A DNA stretch of 64,000 bases from Thermofilaceae archaeon (GCA_038861545.1 JAWCCZ010000004.1:96001-160000); one strand, 5' to 3'. Shown: positions 29,960-40,892, numbered from the stretch's first letter. Translations and numbers: made by a program. Notes: generated by a model from the sequence alone, not told the origin.

Positions 29960-31277
29960 GGGTTGAAGCGATACTTTTAACCTTTGCAGCGAATTTTTCT
30001 GCGAAATTTTTAGCGTCTTCCATTTTCACAGCTTCACTAGTAACCCTGATAACAGGCTCAGTGTTTGAAGGCCTCACAAGCACCCACCCTTTCTCCAGCT
30101 TAACTTTTACACCGTCGATTAATTCAACAGTATAACTTGAGATAAGCTCTTCCTTTAAGATTTTCATAACCTTCTCTTTGTGTTCATCTGGAACCTCAAC
30201 TTTAACCCTGTATGTAGGATATAGGGGAGGTACCGCTTGGGATACTCTACCCAGCTGCGATACCGCCTTAGCAAAATAAAGCAGTGAGAGTAGCCCATCA
30301 TCCAGGTTGCAGCCATTCCAAGTTACGTAGTGTCCACTGCTCTCAACCCCTAAAATTGCACCCTTGCTTACCACTTCCCGTACAACGAACGTCCTCCCTA
30401 CAGGAACCCTGTACACCTTATACCCTTTCATGCTCACTAGTTCCTCTATAACCATTGAACAATCAACATTCGCTACTACGTCGCCAAACCCCACACCTTC
30501 AAGCATTACTGCTGCAGCCTGCTCAGCGCTTAGCACTCTCCCCTTCTCATCGACGAAAACTACTCTATCACCATCACCGTCTAGTGCTACGCCGAAATGA
30601 GCTTTCCTTTTAACGACTTCTTCTCTCAGCTCAGCTAAGCATTCTGGAGTGGGTTCCGAGCCTCTCCCCGGAAAGCGTGGATCGGGATCCGCGTTTAACG
30701 CGTAAACTTCGAATCCAGCATCCCTTAGCAGGCGAGGCGCAACGAGCGAGGCTGCTCCATTGCCGCAGTCGACCACTACTTTAAGATTTGAGAAGGGGGC
30801 TTTCGATAGGAGAAACTCTTCATACTCTGGAAGCACTTCATGTCTCGCATACCAGCCCGGTTTTCTACACTCTAACTGTGAAAAGAAAAGGTGCTTAATT
30901 TTGAAAATATCTTCGCCCACCATGGGATCCCCTCCACGCCTAAATAGCTTGACGCCATTCCATTCTGCTGGCAGATGAGAAGCTGAAATATACGCGGCTG
31001 CGTAACCCCTGTGGATTGACATATATATTACAGCTCCAATAGGTACAGCTCCTATATCGATAGCGTCTGAGCCTCCTGATAGCAAGCCTGAAAGTAGAGC
31101 TAACCGGAGAAGGGGTGAGCTAACCCTAAGATCCATCCCTACAGCGTAGCTACTCTGAAAGTAATGTGAGACGGCTAGCCCGATTCGAGACACGACATCA
31201 GGCGTGATTTCTCGACCGTAGATGCCCCGAATATCGTATAATCTGAATATATTTTCGATACCTTTAGGTAGCATCAT
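29943..31277 (-). CDS. Phosphomannomutase/phosphoglucomutase
   Basis: FRLYDIRG, catalytic ISASH, metal loop DGDGDR, ESSGH, RPSNTEP. Confidence 0.93.
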   Translation of the reverse strand: MMLPKGIENIFRLYDIRGIYGREITPDVVSRIGLAVSHYFQSSYAVGMDLRVSSPLLRLALLSGLLSGGSDAIDIGAVPIGAVIYMSIHRGYAAAYISASHLPAEWNGVKLFRRGGDPMVGEDIFKIKHLFFSQLECRKPGWYARHEVLPEYEEFLLSKAPFSNLKVVVDCGNGAASLVAPRLLRDAGFEVYALNADPDPRFPGRGSEPTPECLAELREEVVKRKAHFGVALDGDGDRVVFVDEKGRVLSAEQAAAVMLEGVGFGDVVANVDCSMVIEELVSMKGYKVYRVPVGRTFVVREVVSKGAILGVESSGHYVTWNGCNLDDGLLSLLYFAKAVSQLGRVSQAVPPLYPTYRVKVEVPDEHKEKVMKILKEELISSYTVELIDGVKVKLEKGWVLVRPSNTEPVIRVTSEAVKMEDAKNFAEKFAAKVKSIASTLIHRS

Positions 31278-31437
31278 TTCCTAACCCTCATTTGTTTTTA
31301 TAAAAATTTAGGCCTAGCCCAATTTCTTTGGAGATGAAGGAATATTATGTTTGAAGAAGTAGAAAAGTGGTGGGAACTCTAAAGGAGTCCACGTTCCTCC
31401 TCATTTTCTTTTAACCAAAAAATCATGTAACCATATG

Positions 31438-32014
31438 TTAAGTTCTATCTTTATCTTCCCTTTTCAAAAATCCAATAGAAACTCCTTTATGATCTATCCT
31501 TTTAAGTTTATTTGCTATTCCTTTGGGCAGTAAGTCACCAATCTATTCCACCAGTTTTAGCCTAAAAATGTTTATGAATTTTAAAGCTTTGAGTATATCA
31601 CTATAAGTGTAGAATATTATTTTCCTTCAGGCTTGCATACTTTTAAAATTTTGTTGATCGTACGCTCCATATCATCTGGGTGGACATCATATGGATCGAA
31701 AAATTATGAAGTTAAAGAAAACTGGACTTAAATCTACGTCCACTATGTTTCCAACCTTGAAATTCTCAGCGTATTCTGGCAATACCAACTCTTTTGCCTG
31801 CCTAATCGACTCTTCAATAAAGTCTACACCGTAAGGTGTAGGTTTATATTTTTGTAACAAGGTAGCGAAGCATTAATCCATTGCCGCAGCCTAAACCAAT
31901 AACCCGCCTGTCAGAGTCTATCGGGCTCAAGAATAGGCCGTAAATCTCATCTGGGTAAACGTTAAAGCCGTTAGGCCTTAAAACATCTGCCCCGTTATTG
32001 CTTTTCCAGTACAT
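31438..32014 (-). pseudogene. Disrupted class I SAM-dependent methyltransferase
   Basis: Manual minus-strand translation: RRVIGLGCGNGLMLRYL / YGVDFIEESIRQAK / KILKVCKPEGK / IIFYTY, split by ~3 frameshifts and an in-frame TAG. Confidence 0.75.
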
Positions 32015-32072
32015 TTTCCACAAACTCTCTTTCCTTTTTTATAATGACGCTTCCATGGGTTTGAAGTATGAT

Positions 32073-32930
32073 TCAGGGGTCGATGGGCAAAACATTAGCG
32101 TCTATACACACCTTGTAAACACGCGGTGCGTACTCTGATACCTTTCGTGCGCCATGGATTATTACTCGCATGCCGCGTAGTGCTGCTTCATGCTCGAGTA
32201 GGAAGTAAGCCTCTGTGAAGAGGTCGTTTTCAGGAGCCCAGTAGTAGAAGTGTACCATACCGCCCTCTGGCTTAAGGCACTGGAATGCACAGTCAAGGTA
32301 CTCGTAAGCGCCTTTCGGAAGCGGCATAACAACCCTATCGCAGCATTTATACCAGCAGCTTGCTTTTAAGCGGACGTCGCCAAGCACTGGTATAACCTTA
32401 TCCTCCAGCTTATTGAGCCTGACATTCTCCTGCATGTACCTAAAGGCCTCTGGATTGAGCTCTATCGCCACAACTTTCTCCACCAGGGGTTGTTTCCTAG
32501 CGATCATTAAGGCATAGGGTCCAACACCCGCGAACATCACCATTACGAGCTCACCTGGCTTTACCTGTTTGGATATTCTAAGCCTCTCTGTCGCCTCCCT
32601 TGGAGAAAAGTACACCTTAGTTATGTCCAGCTTTAACTTCACCCCGTGCTCTACGTGTATAACTTCTGTGCCCCCCTCGCCAGCGATTACCTCATATTCC
32701 CTTAACCTAAAAGCTCCCTCCCTGCCCGAGGTTTTGGCTAAAACAAGTTTTACATTTCTATGAAGTTTCATTAATGTTTCCCCAACTATTCTCTTGACTG
32801 TTTCAGGTGCCTCAGGGGAAAACTCAACCACGGCGATAGCCCTTTCTCTCGATCCTATAATATCGAAGCTCGATGGCACGTACTTAACGTCTTCGCATAA
32901 AGTTTCAGCTAGGATTCTTTTCAAACTCAT
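32073..32930 (-). CDS. trm5: Trm5-family tRNA (m1G37) methyltransferase
   Basis: FDIIG, HVEHG..KVYFSPR..ERLR, MFAGVGPYAL, ELNPEA, RVVMPLP. Confidence 0.85.
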   Translation of the reverse strand: MSLKRILAETLCEDVKYVPSSFDIIGSRERAIAVVEFSPEAPETVKRIVGETLMKLHRNVKLVLAKTSGREGAFRLREYEVIAGEGGTEVIHVEHGVKLKLDITKVYFSPREATERLRISKQVKPGELVMVMFAGVGPYALMIARKQPLVEKVVAIELNPEAFRYMQENVRLNKLEDKVIPVLGDVRLKASCWYKCCDRVVMPLPKGAYEYLDCAFQCLKPEGGMVHFYYWAPENDLFTEAYFLLEHEAALRGMRVIIHGARKVSEYAPRVYKVCIDANVLPIDP

Positions 32931-32981
32931 ACGCGTTTATAACACGGAGCCCTTAAATACCGTCTGCTTAAACAATGCTGT

Positions 32982-34247
32982 ATGAAAACGTCACGTATAC
33001 CCAGTTTCTATAAACTGAGTATTGATGAGCGTTTGAAGGCTGTCGCGGAGTTCGCGGGGCTTACAGGCGAGGAAATTCAGCTTTTAAAACAATTCGGTAA
33101 TCTTGATTCCAGCATTGCCGATAGGATGATCGAGAACGTGATAGGAGCAATGAGCTACCCGCTAGCTGTTGCTGTGAACTTCTTGATCAACGGTAAGGAC
33201 TACGTCGTCCCGATGGTTATAGAGGAAGCTAGCGTAGTGGCAGCGGCAAGTAATGCGGCTCGTTTAATGCGCAGGGATCAAGGGATTAAATCCATGGCTA
33301 CAGCACCCGTAATGATTGGACAGATTCAGGTCATTGGTTTGAAGGATCCCTGGTACAAGCGCATGGAGGTTCTCGAGCGCAAAGATGAAATTATACAGAA
33401 AGCGAATGAAGCGGACCCTGTTCTAGTGAAGTACGGTGGTGGAGCTCGTGATGTTGAAGCAAGAGTTGCTGAAGGCCCTACCGGTCCGATGCTTATCGTG
33501 CATTTACTAGTTGACGTGTGCGACGCAATGGGGGCAAATGCGGTTAACACTATGGCGGAAAGGGTGACTCCACTAATTGAGGGAATCACCGGGGGTAAAG
33601 CTCATCTTAGGATTATTTCCAATTTGGCTGATCGAAGACTTGTGCGTTCTTGGGTCAAGGTTTACAAGGAGGACCTTGGTGGTGAAAACATTGTCGATGC
33701 AATAGTCGATGCATGGGCTTTTGCTGCAGCCGACCCGTACCGCGCAGCAACGCATAACAAGGGCATAATGAACGGCGTGATAGCGGTGGCGTTAGCTACC
33801 GCTCAAGATCACAGAGCGATCGAGGCGGGGGCACATGCCTATGCAGCTAGAACCGGAAAGTACTTGCCGCTCACTGTTTGGGAAAGGGACCCGGAGGGTA
33901 ACCTGGTTGGCTCTCTTGAGATGCCAATGGCTGTAGGTATAATAGGGGGCGCAACCAAGGTACACCCGGTAGCCAGAATAGCTTTAAAGATTCTCGGAGT
34001 AAAAACAGCCAACGAACTCGCTGAAGTTATGGGAGCTGTTGGCTTAGCGCAGAACTTCGCAGCTCTTCGAGCGCTGGCGACTGAAGGTATTCAGAGAGGA
34101 CACATGGAGCTGCATGCACGTAACCTAGCTATAATGGCTGGCGCTACTGGAGAACTAGTCGACAAAATCGCTGAAGCTATGGTTAAAGAGGGGAACATTC
34201 GTTTCGATAGGGCTAAGGAACTCCTAGAGGAATTCTCTAAAAAGTGA
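32982..34247 (+). CDS. mvaA: HMG-CoA reductase, class II
   Basis: MIENVIG, EEASVVAA, DAMGANAVNT, RAATHNKGIMNG, EGIQRGHM. Confidence 0.95.
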   Translation: MKTSRIPSFYKLSIDERLKAVAEFAGLTGEEIQLLKQFGNLDSSIADRMIENVIGAMSYPLAVAVNFLINGKDYVVPMVIEEASVVAAASNAARLMRRDQGIKSMATAPVMIGQIQVIGLKDPWYKRMEVLERKDEIIQKANEADPVLVKYGGGARDVEARVAEGPTGPMLIVHLLVDVCDAMGANAVNTMAERVTPLIEGITGGKAHLRIISNLADRRLVRSWVKVYKEDLGGENIVDAIVDAWAFAAADPYRAATHNKGIMNGVIAVALATAQDHRAIEAGAHAYAARTGKYLPLTVWERDPEGNLVGSLEMPMAVGIIGGATKVHPVARIALKILGVKTANELAEVMGAVGLAQNFAALRALATEGIQRGHMELHARNLAIMAGATGELVDKIAEAMVKEGNIRFDRAKELLEEFSKK

Positions 34248-34294
34248 GCAGTCAAAAACTTAAACCGGCTTGGGTGAGAGGAGGGGGGCGAGGG

Positions 34295-35765
34295 ATGAGC
34301 TTTCCCTAAGGAGGAAAAAGGTTACGAGCTAGGTATTACTGCAGGCAAGCGAGAGGATTTTTCAGAATGGTTCACACAGGTGTTAACAAAGGCTGAGTTA
34401 GTTGATACGAGGTACGGGGTTCAAGGTTTCGTCGTTCATAAACCTTGGGCGATGCGAATCATACGTGAAATATATCGAATGTTTGAAGAAGAGCTTGAAA
34501 AAAGCGGCCACGAGCCAGTCCTCTTTCCACTTCTTATACCAGAGGAATATTTTGAGAGAGAGAAAGAGCATGTTAAAGGATTTAAACCCGAGGTTTTCTG
34601 GGTTACCGAGGGGGGCGATGAAAAGCTTGAACGTAGGCTCGCATTGAGACCTACCTCAGAAACGGCTTTTTACTCGATGTACTCTCTTTGGATACAAGGC
34701 TGGAGAGACTTACCGTTGAAGTTGTACCAGAGCGTATGCGTTTATAGGTACGAGAAAACCACTAGGCCTTTCATAAGGGGTAGAGAATTTCTATGGATCG
34801 AGGCTCACTGCGCTTTCGCGACTCGAGACGAAGCCTTAAATCAAGTAAAAGAGGATATGGAAAACCTGAGGAAAGTTGTGTGGGATAGGCTTGCTATACC
34901 GTTCATTTTCCTAAGGAGACCACCTTGGGATAAATTTGCCGGTGCTGAAGATACTTACGCGGCTGATACTCTCATGCCGGATGGCAGGGTACTGCAGATA
35001 GCGTCTACGCATGATCTGGGTAAGCGATTCTCTGAGGCTTTTAACATAGCTTTCGTAGATAAAGACGGTCAGTGGAAGCAAGTGTACCAGACCTGCTACG
35101 GTCCCGGCGTTTGGAGGATAATAGCGGCCTTAATAGCTATACACGGCGACAACAAAGGATTGGTACTACCGTTCGATGTAGCCCCGGTGCAGGTAGTAAT
35201 AATCCCCATATTCTACAGCGATGATGAGAAGGAGAAAGTGGTAACCAAGTGCAGGTTAACTAGAGAAAAACTAGCTGGAGCCGGTTACAGGGTGCTGGTT
35301 GACTTTAGAGAAAAAACCCCTGGCTGGAAATTCAATGATTGGGAGCTTAAAGGTGTACCTCTCAGGATTGAGATTGGTAAAAAAGAAGTTGAAAGCGGCT
35401 CTTTAACCGTGTTCCGAAGAGATATTCGAAAAAGGGTGCCCGTTAAAGAGGAAGAGCTTCTCCAGAAGATAGAAGAACTAAGGTATTTGATCCTAGAAGA
35501 ATTAAAGAAAAGAGCTAGAGAATTCTTTAACTCTAGGATAGTCAATACAACAGATAGAGAGAACCTGCTTCGAGCTGTAAGGAACGGTATGGTTGCAGTA
35601 GCTCCGTTCTGCGGGCGAGAAGAATGCGCTGAGGACATGAGGACTCAGGTGGAGGGTCTTAGAGTCAGAGGTACCGAGCTAGACCATGTAGAGGGAGATT
35701 ACGGAAAATGTATCTGGTGCGGCTCTCCAGCTAGGCAGCAGGTTTACATTGCCAGAGCATACTAA
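34295..35765 (+). CDS. proS: Prolyl-tRNA synthetase (archaeal/eukaryotic type); 5' end requires +1 frameshift or has a 1-nt error
   Basis: LRPTSET, RYE..PFIRGREFLWIEAH, QTCYG, WELKGVPLRIEIG, C-terminal ARAY. Conserved GITAGKREDFSEWF lies upstream of the called GTG (34380) and is reached from ATG 34295 only by a +1 shift. Confidence 0.93.
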
Positions 35766-37894
35766 GGCTTTGAAAACTGAAGCCCGTAGGTTCTAGCTGT
35801 CTCAACGGATAATTTGACGTATTCTGCTCTAGCTTTTTCGAGGAACTCTTCCCTACTCTCGTAAGATCCTGACTTGTAGTTTTCGATTATGTTGCACATT
35901 TTCTCATAAACTGTAGATGCGATCTCAAGCGCGGCTTTAACCTCCCTAACATCGAATAACTTAAAAACGGATCTAGACCTTGAAAGAGCTTCCTCTATCG
36001 TATTTTCAGCAATAACCTCGTAAACCTTGGCTATCTTTCCTGGCGTCCAGCGTAAAACTCTACCCAACCTTTGCACCATTTGTCTAGTCTGCCCTGAACC
36101 TGAAAGTACTACTGCAACGTCAGCATCTGGAACATCGATTCCCTCATCCAATACAGTCGTTGTAACTATAACACGTGCGATACCCTTTCTAAAGGCCTCA
36201 AAGGCTTTTAGCCTTTCCCCCTTTTGAGTGGACCCAGTTATCAGCACGCATCTAGGCTCTACACTCTTTACAGTCTCAAATGCAACTTGGGCTTGGTCTA
36301 AATACTGGCAAAAAACTATTGTTTTTCCACCTTCACTCTCAATAATTTTCTTCAAGACTTCTAGCTTGGCTTTAGCTTTAGATGCTATCTTTATAAGTTC
36401 TGAGGCTTTTCTGAGATCCTGAGGACTTAGTTTTTCAGCAAGTTGCATGTATTCTTTTGCTTCGTCGTGGCCAAGTTTTACATAGATCTTTTCTACTTGG
36501 AAAGGAGCAAGCACCCCTTTAAGCACTAGTTGGTAGTAGGATGTCTTGTATACAGGTTCTCCAGCAGCTCTGTAGATCAATACCTCATTTTTATCAGCCC
36601 TATTTGGAGTAGCTGAAAGCACCATGGAACACTTAGCTTTTAACTTAAAGGCTATTTCTTTAAACGTCTCTGCTGGTAGATGATGCCCTTCATCGTAAAT
36701 TATAAAACAGAATTTATCGAAAATTTCATAAATGTTTTTAGCAGCGCTATGATAGGTAGCTACTGTAATATCAAGTATTCTTTTATCCCCACCCGTGAGA
36801 AAACCAGTTTTAACATTCAAACATTCCCTTATTCTCTTACTCCATTGTCTGGCTAACTCTACAGTCGTAACACATATGAGCGTTGGAACCCTAAGTATCG
36901 AGATAGCTGCGATAGCTACATACGTTTTACCAGCACCGGTCGGCATAACAATAGTGCCTCGCATGCCAGCCTTTAACCATGCATTAAGTGCCTCTTCTTG
37001 GAACTTGTATAGTGAAGGGGGGTTACCTAGAACCTCTATATTCTTAGTACACCAATTTACCTCATCCAGCACTTTAAGTCCTATAGATTCGAGAAGCTCT
37101 TTCAGAGTTGGTACAGCAAAATAAGGTATCTGGAGAACTTTATCGTTAAGCTTCCTGATTACGTTTAGCTTGGACTGCGATAATTCAACCTTACCCTCTA
37201 GGATCCTCGGCTTATAGTACTCGATCATAGCTTTGCTTTCGAGGAATACTTCATCTTCGCGGGAAAGTGAATGCGGCAATAGAACTATTGCTCCATCAAC
37301 TCCGATTTCCCGTATGGTAACGCAATCTGTGGGACTAACTAGTAGAGCGGAAGCTCTTTTGACCGCTTCAACCTGCTCATCTGTGATCGCTGGATCTATT
37401 GCCTGAAGGAGGTTAAGCAAGGTTTCGACAAGTTCTTCTGGACTGATTCCTTGTTTAAGTAGAATTCTAAAGGCTTTACCTAGATCCATCAAGTAGTACT
37501 GCAAGTCCATCCCGGCAATATTCTTCGCACTTACTACACTGGATTCCTTCAGGATCCTCCAAGCTGTGTAATCTCTAATGTATTTGCCGGGCAATAATAG
37601 AAGCTTTCCCCTTTGGGCTTCTATTGCTCTACATCTTCTGTCCTCAGCTAACAGTCGATCAATAATTTCCCTACCTGATTGCCCAAAGGCATCTGTTAGG
37701 ATTGCTCTAGCTAAGTTTGAGTACCTGATGATATCCTCGATCCGCGCGGCCCAGCATTTCTCATCTGCTTTCCAGTTACAAAACTGCTTGACTGAATCCT
37801 TCAAGCGTGAGACATCTTTCCATGGCAGATCTTTTGATAAAATGACATCGCCGATTTTAACTTTAAAGCTTAGAGAACTTCTTCCGCTGTGCAC
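35762..37894 (-). CDS. xpb: XPB/Rad25-family SF2 helicase with long N-terminal extension
   Basis: LYKFQEEA, MPTGAGKT, DEGHH, LSATP, DEGIDVPDA, QRLGRVLR. Confidence 0.85.
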   Translation of the reverse strand: MHSGRSSLSFKVKIGDVILSKDLPWKDVSRLKDSVKQFCNWKADEKCWAARIEDIIRYSNLARAILTDAFGQSGREIIDRLLAEDRRCRAIEAQRGKLLLLPGKYIRDYTAWRILKESSVVSAKNIAGMDLQYYLMDLGKAFRILLKQGISPEELVETLLNLLQAIDPAITDEQVEAVKRASALLVSPTDCVTIREIGVDGAIVLLPHSLSREDEVFLESKAMIEYYKPRILEGKVELSQSKLNVIRKLNDKVLQIPYFAVPTLKELLESIGLKVLDEVNWCTKNIEVLGNPPSLYKFQEEALNAWLKAGMRGTIVMPTGAGKTYVAIAAISILRVPTLICVTTVELARQWSKRIRECLNVKTGFLTGGDKRILDITVATYHSAAKNIYEIFDKFCFIIYDEGHHLPAETFKEIAFKLKAKCSMVLSATPNRADKNEVLIYRAAGEPVYKTSYYQLVLKGVLAPFQVEKIYVKLGHDEAKEYMQLAEKLSPQDLRKASELIKIASKAKAKLEVLKKIIESEGGKTIVFCQYLDQAQVAFETVKSVEPRCVLITGSTQKGERLKAFEAFRKGIARVIVTTTVLDEGIDVPDADVAVVLSGSGQTRQMVQRLGRVLRWTPGKIAKVYEVIAENTIEEALSRSRSVFKLFDVREVKAALEIASTVYEKMCNIIENYKSGSYESREEFLEKARAEYVKLSVETARTYGLQFSKP

Positions 37895-38030
37895 TTAGCG
37901 CACCCTGTAGGTAGTGGTATGTATCAGACTTTAAAGTAATCGTAAGCGATAACCTAAGACTTATTTTTAGCTGGAGTATTGTCAGCCAGCGCCAAAAAAC
38001 ACATATTGGTGAGTTATTAAACGCGTCACT

Positions 38031-38615
38031 GTGGAGATAAACTGGAAGCTGGATATGTTAAAGGAGATGGGGGTGACGCCTATAAACTTGAGACCTAGAG
38101 ATTGGGTGTTACTTTTACTTCACGTGGGTGGACGTAACCCTATTAAAGGCGAAGAAAGTTTCCATACCACACTATTCATGATGCAGTGCCCCCCAGTTGT
38201 TTTCAAAACTCTACTACTATCGGTGTTTTCGCCGGAGATCCATCAAGCTATCGAACACCTCATAGAGGAAGGCTTGATTAAGAGAGAGTACAAGTATGAA
38301 GGCAGTAAACTTATCGAAATCTATAGCCTCTCCCCGCTGGGTGTTGAAGAAGCATCTAGGCTGGCTGAAAAGGCAAGTGGCTCATACATGTTCATTGGAG
38401 GAGCTGCGATAAGAAAGGGGGATGACGTGTTAAGCGAGCTTGAGGCTTTGAAAAAGACGTATAATGGGAGGGGGTTAAAAGAGGGGTTAAAGCTAATATT
38501 GGATAAACTCGGATCAAAGGTATCCGATTTTGAAAGCCCACTAGAGGCGTTCTGCGATTCAAGTGAGTTAGATTATATGAAAAAACTGTTCAAGATTTAC
38601 CGAGAAGAGTTTTGA
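38031..38615 (+). CDS. Hypothetical winged-helix protein
   Basis: SPEI..AIEHLIEEGLI...YSLSPLG resembles a wHTH recognition helix and wing. Confidence 0.55.
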   Translation: MEINWKLDMLKEMGVTPINLRPRDWVLLLLHVGGRNPIKGEESFHTTLFMMQCPPVVFKTLLLSVFSPEIHQAIEHLIEEGLIKREYKYEGSKLIEIYSLSPLGVEEASRLAEKASGSYMFIGGAAIRKGDDVLSELEALKKTYNGRGLKEGLKLILDKLGSKVSDFESPLEAFCDSSELDYMKKLFKIYREEF

Positions 38616-38621
38616 AAAATA

Positions 38622-39806
38622 ATGACCATAGTCGTAGCTGGTTCAGGACCTGCTGGATTGACTTATGCTCTAAGGTTAATAGAATTTCGAGCTAACGCCG
38701 ACATTACTCTGTTGGAAGAACATCGACAGCTTGGCTACCCTCCTCATTGTACAGGACTGGTTAGCCTAAGCACATTGCAAAGAGAATACCCTAAACTCTG
38801 GAAAAAAGTATCTCAAACCCTCATTGAAGGCGCTAATATTAAAACCCGACACGGTGTGGAATTATATATAGACATTGGTAAACCGATAGCTGCAGTACTG
38901 GATAGAAGGCTTTTCGAAGAACTTTTGGGCAAAGCTGTAGAAAACTCAGGAGTTAAGGTCAAACTCGATGCTCAGGTAAAAAGCGTAAACCCTAGTCGAA
39001 GGAAAGGTATGCTGAGGGGGGGTGAAACGTTCAACTATGATATCTTAGTCCTGGCTACAGGTGCGACAGCCCCCTTAAACACATCAGTTGGACTAGACCG
39101 ACCAAAGGGACTTCTGCCGGCTGTGAACGCTGAATACCAGCTTGAGCATGCTATAGACTCTAGATACGTACATGTGTACTTTGACTCAAGAGTTGCTCCG
39201 GGCTTCTTCGCCTGGATCGTTCCATTGAATGAGTACAAGGTTAGAGTCGGGCTTGGAGCAACCTCCAAGCCCATAGAGCGTTTAAAATTCTTTGAAAAGC
39301 TCGATCCATTCAATATTAACTTAGCGCAGGCGCGGCGTTTACAGGTTTACAGCGGGCTCATACTGACGGGGGGCCCTTTGAGAAAATATTATTCTGGCAG
39401 AGTAGTAGTAATAGGCGACTCGGCGGGTCATACTAAACCTACGACAGGCGGAGGAATAGCTTTCACATCTATAGCGGCTAGGTTACTTGCCCAAGTATCA
39501 GCTTTGGCTGATACTTGGGATAACGTGGGTTCCTTCTTTCAAGCTAGGTATAATAAAGTGATCCAGCGTGAAGTTAAGTTCATGCTATTAGCCAGGCGCC
39601 TGGCTAATAGCATGGATGACGTTCAAATCTCGAATTTACTGGACACCGTCCAAAGGAGCGGTATAGTGGATGAGGTAGCTAAGAGTCATATGGACTTTCA
39701 TGGCGGAGCACTTATTGCTCTTGCTAAAAAGTCACTAGAAACTAAACCCATAGTAACAGTCACTACTCTACTTCAAGCTTTACTGAGAGTTTTCCTCCTA
39801 AGCTAA
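38622..39806 (+). CDS. Geranylgeranyl reductase-family FAD oxidoreductase
   Basis: VAGSGPAG, PPHCTGL, LDRRLFE, FAWIVP, IGDSAGHTKPTTGGGI. Confidence 0.88.
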   Translation: MTIVVAGSGPAGLTYALRLIEFRANADITLLEEHRQLGYPPHCTGLVSLSTLQREYPKLWKKVSQTLIEGANIKTRHGVELYIDIGKPIAAVLDRRLFEELLGKAVENSGVKVKLDAQVKSVNPSRRKGMLRGGETFNYDILVLATGATAPLNTSVGLDRPKGLLPAVNAEYQLEHAIDSRYVHVYFDSRVAPGFFAWIVPLNEYKVRVGLGATSKPIERLKFFEKLDPFNINLAQARRLQVYSGLILTGGPLRKYYSGRVVVIGDSAGHTKPTTGGGIAFTSIAARLLAQVSALADTWDNVGSFFQARYNKVIQREVKFMLLARRLANSMDDVQISNLLDTVQRSGIVDEVAKSHMDFHGGALIALAKKSLETKPIVTVTTLLQALLRVFLLS

Positions 39807-39860
39807 CTTGACTGGTTAGTCTAACGGGATGACTCGTATTGATCCTGAGAATATTATTTA

Positions 39861-40892
39861 TCAAATCGATAAACTGTTGAGCTTCTCTAGTGCCTTCTCT
39901 ACTGGCTCTAGGCTCCAACTCTCTTCTTCTAAGCCTAAGTGAGCCGTTAAACCATGATATACTTCGCTTTCAGCTTCCATGAAAGCTAATAGCTCGCAAT
40001 GTACGACTCCATCGATCTGAAGCAAAGATGAATGCATGCGCATTATATCTTCGAGCGAAGCTTCTAAAACTAGGAATATTGTCCTCTCATTACCCTGTAA
40101 AGCAAAGCCATCTATTAACCAAGGTATTTGAGAGAAACACCATAGTAACGATAAAGCAGTTCCTGGGTTTGCTGTTTCCACCCTATAAATCACTGGCACA
40201 TTGGTAATCTTTGGCTCTATACAGTTCCCTCTCCATAAAGGTCTTACATGTACCCGGTAGTGATAAGATAAAAGCTGCTGAGAAAGCCCAAGTTTTTTTG
40301 CCATCCCGCTTAGGCTTGAGAACACAAACTTTTCTTTCTCTCTTATTATGAGAAGATCCACTTTATCCACTTTCATCGGCTTGCTAGTGCTCCACAACAA
40401 CCTAGTTTTCCCTAGTATAGATGGTAAACTCGCCCATTCTACGGATAAGCCGTTACCAGTAAATTTAGTTAAACCCTCACCCTGAGGCAGATACTTAACC
40501 TCCCACTCTTTAACCCATACATCGGTTAGGTTAAACGGTAACATGTAAGCGAAATTCTTCTCTAATCCTGAAGGAGGACACGCTTCGATCAACATTTTAG
40601 AGCCATGCCAATCCCATATTTTTGTAACGCGTTTGATATATGGAATCTCGTAGTTCGATAAAAGCTTATCCGCTTCTCTATCGTAGTGTACAACTAAATA
40701 CATTGGTGAAAGTCCTAAAGCTTTATAATCTACCAAAAATCTAATCCAAGTTTCTTTGCATATTTTTTTAACTTTAGAATTAACATATGAGGGTGAAAGC
40801 ATAGCTTTTTTAGCTACATCTGAGCATGTCAAAGCATAAGGGAGTGCTGTGAGAACCCTATACTCTACTGGAGTTAACTTTCTCCAAAACAT
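39861..40892 (-). CDS. Tandem HTH (Lrp/AsnC-like) regulator
   Basis: Two HTH-like segments (SDVAKKAMLSPSYV..; SGMAKKLGLSQQLLSYH) and VDYKALGL linker; probable ATG at 40892. Confidence 0.6.
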   Translation of the reverse strand: MFWRKLTPVEYRVLTALPYALTCSDVAKKAMLSPSYVNSKVKKICKETWIRFLVDYKALGLSPMYLVVHYDREADKLLSNYEIPYIKRVTKIWDWHGSKMLIEACPPSGLEKNFAYMLPFNLTDVWVKEWEVKYLPQGEGLTKFTGNGLSVEWASLPSILGKTRLLWSTSKPMKVDKVDLLIIREKEKFVFSSLSGMAKKLGLSQQLLSYHYRVHVRPLWRGNCIEPKITNVPVIYRVETANPGTALSLLWCFSQIPWLIDGFALQGNERTIFLVLEASLEDIMRMHSSLLQIDGVVHCELLAFMEAESEVYHGLTAHLGLEEESWSLEPVEKALEKLNSLSI

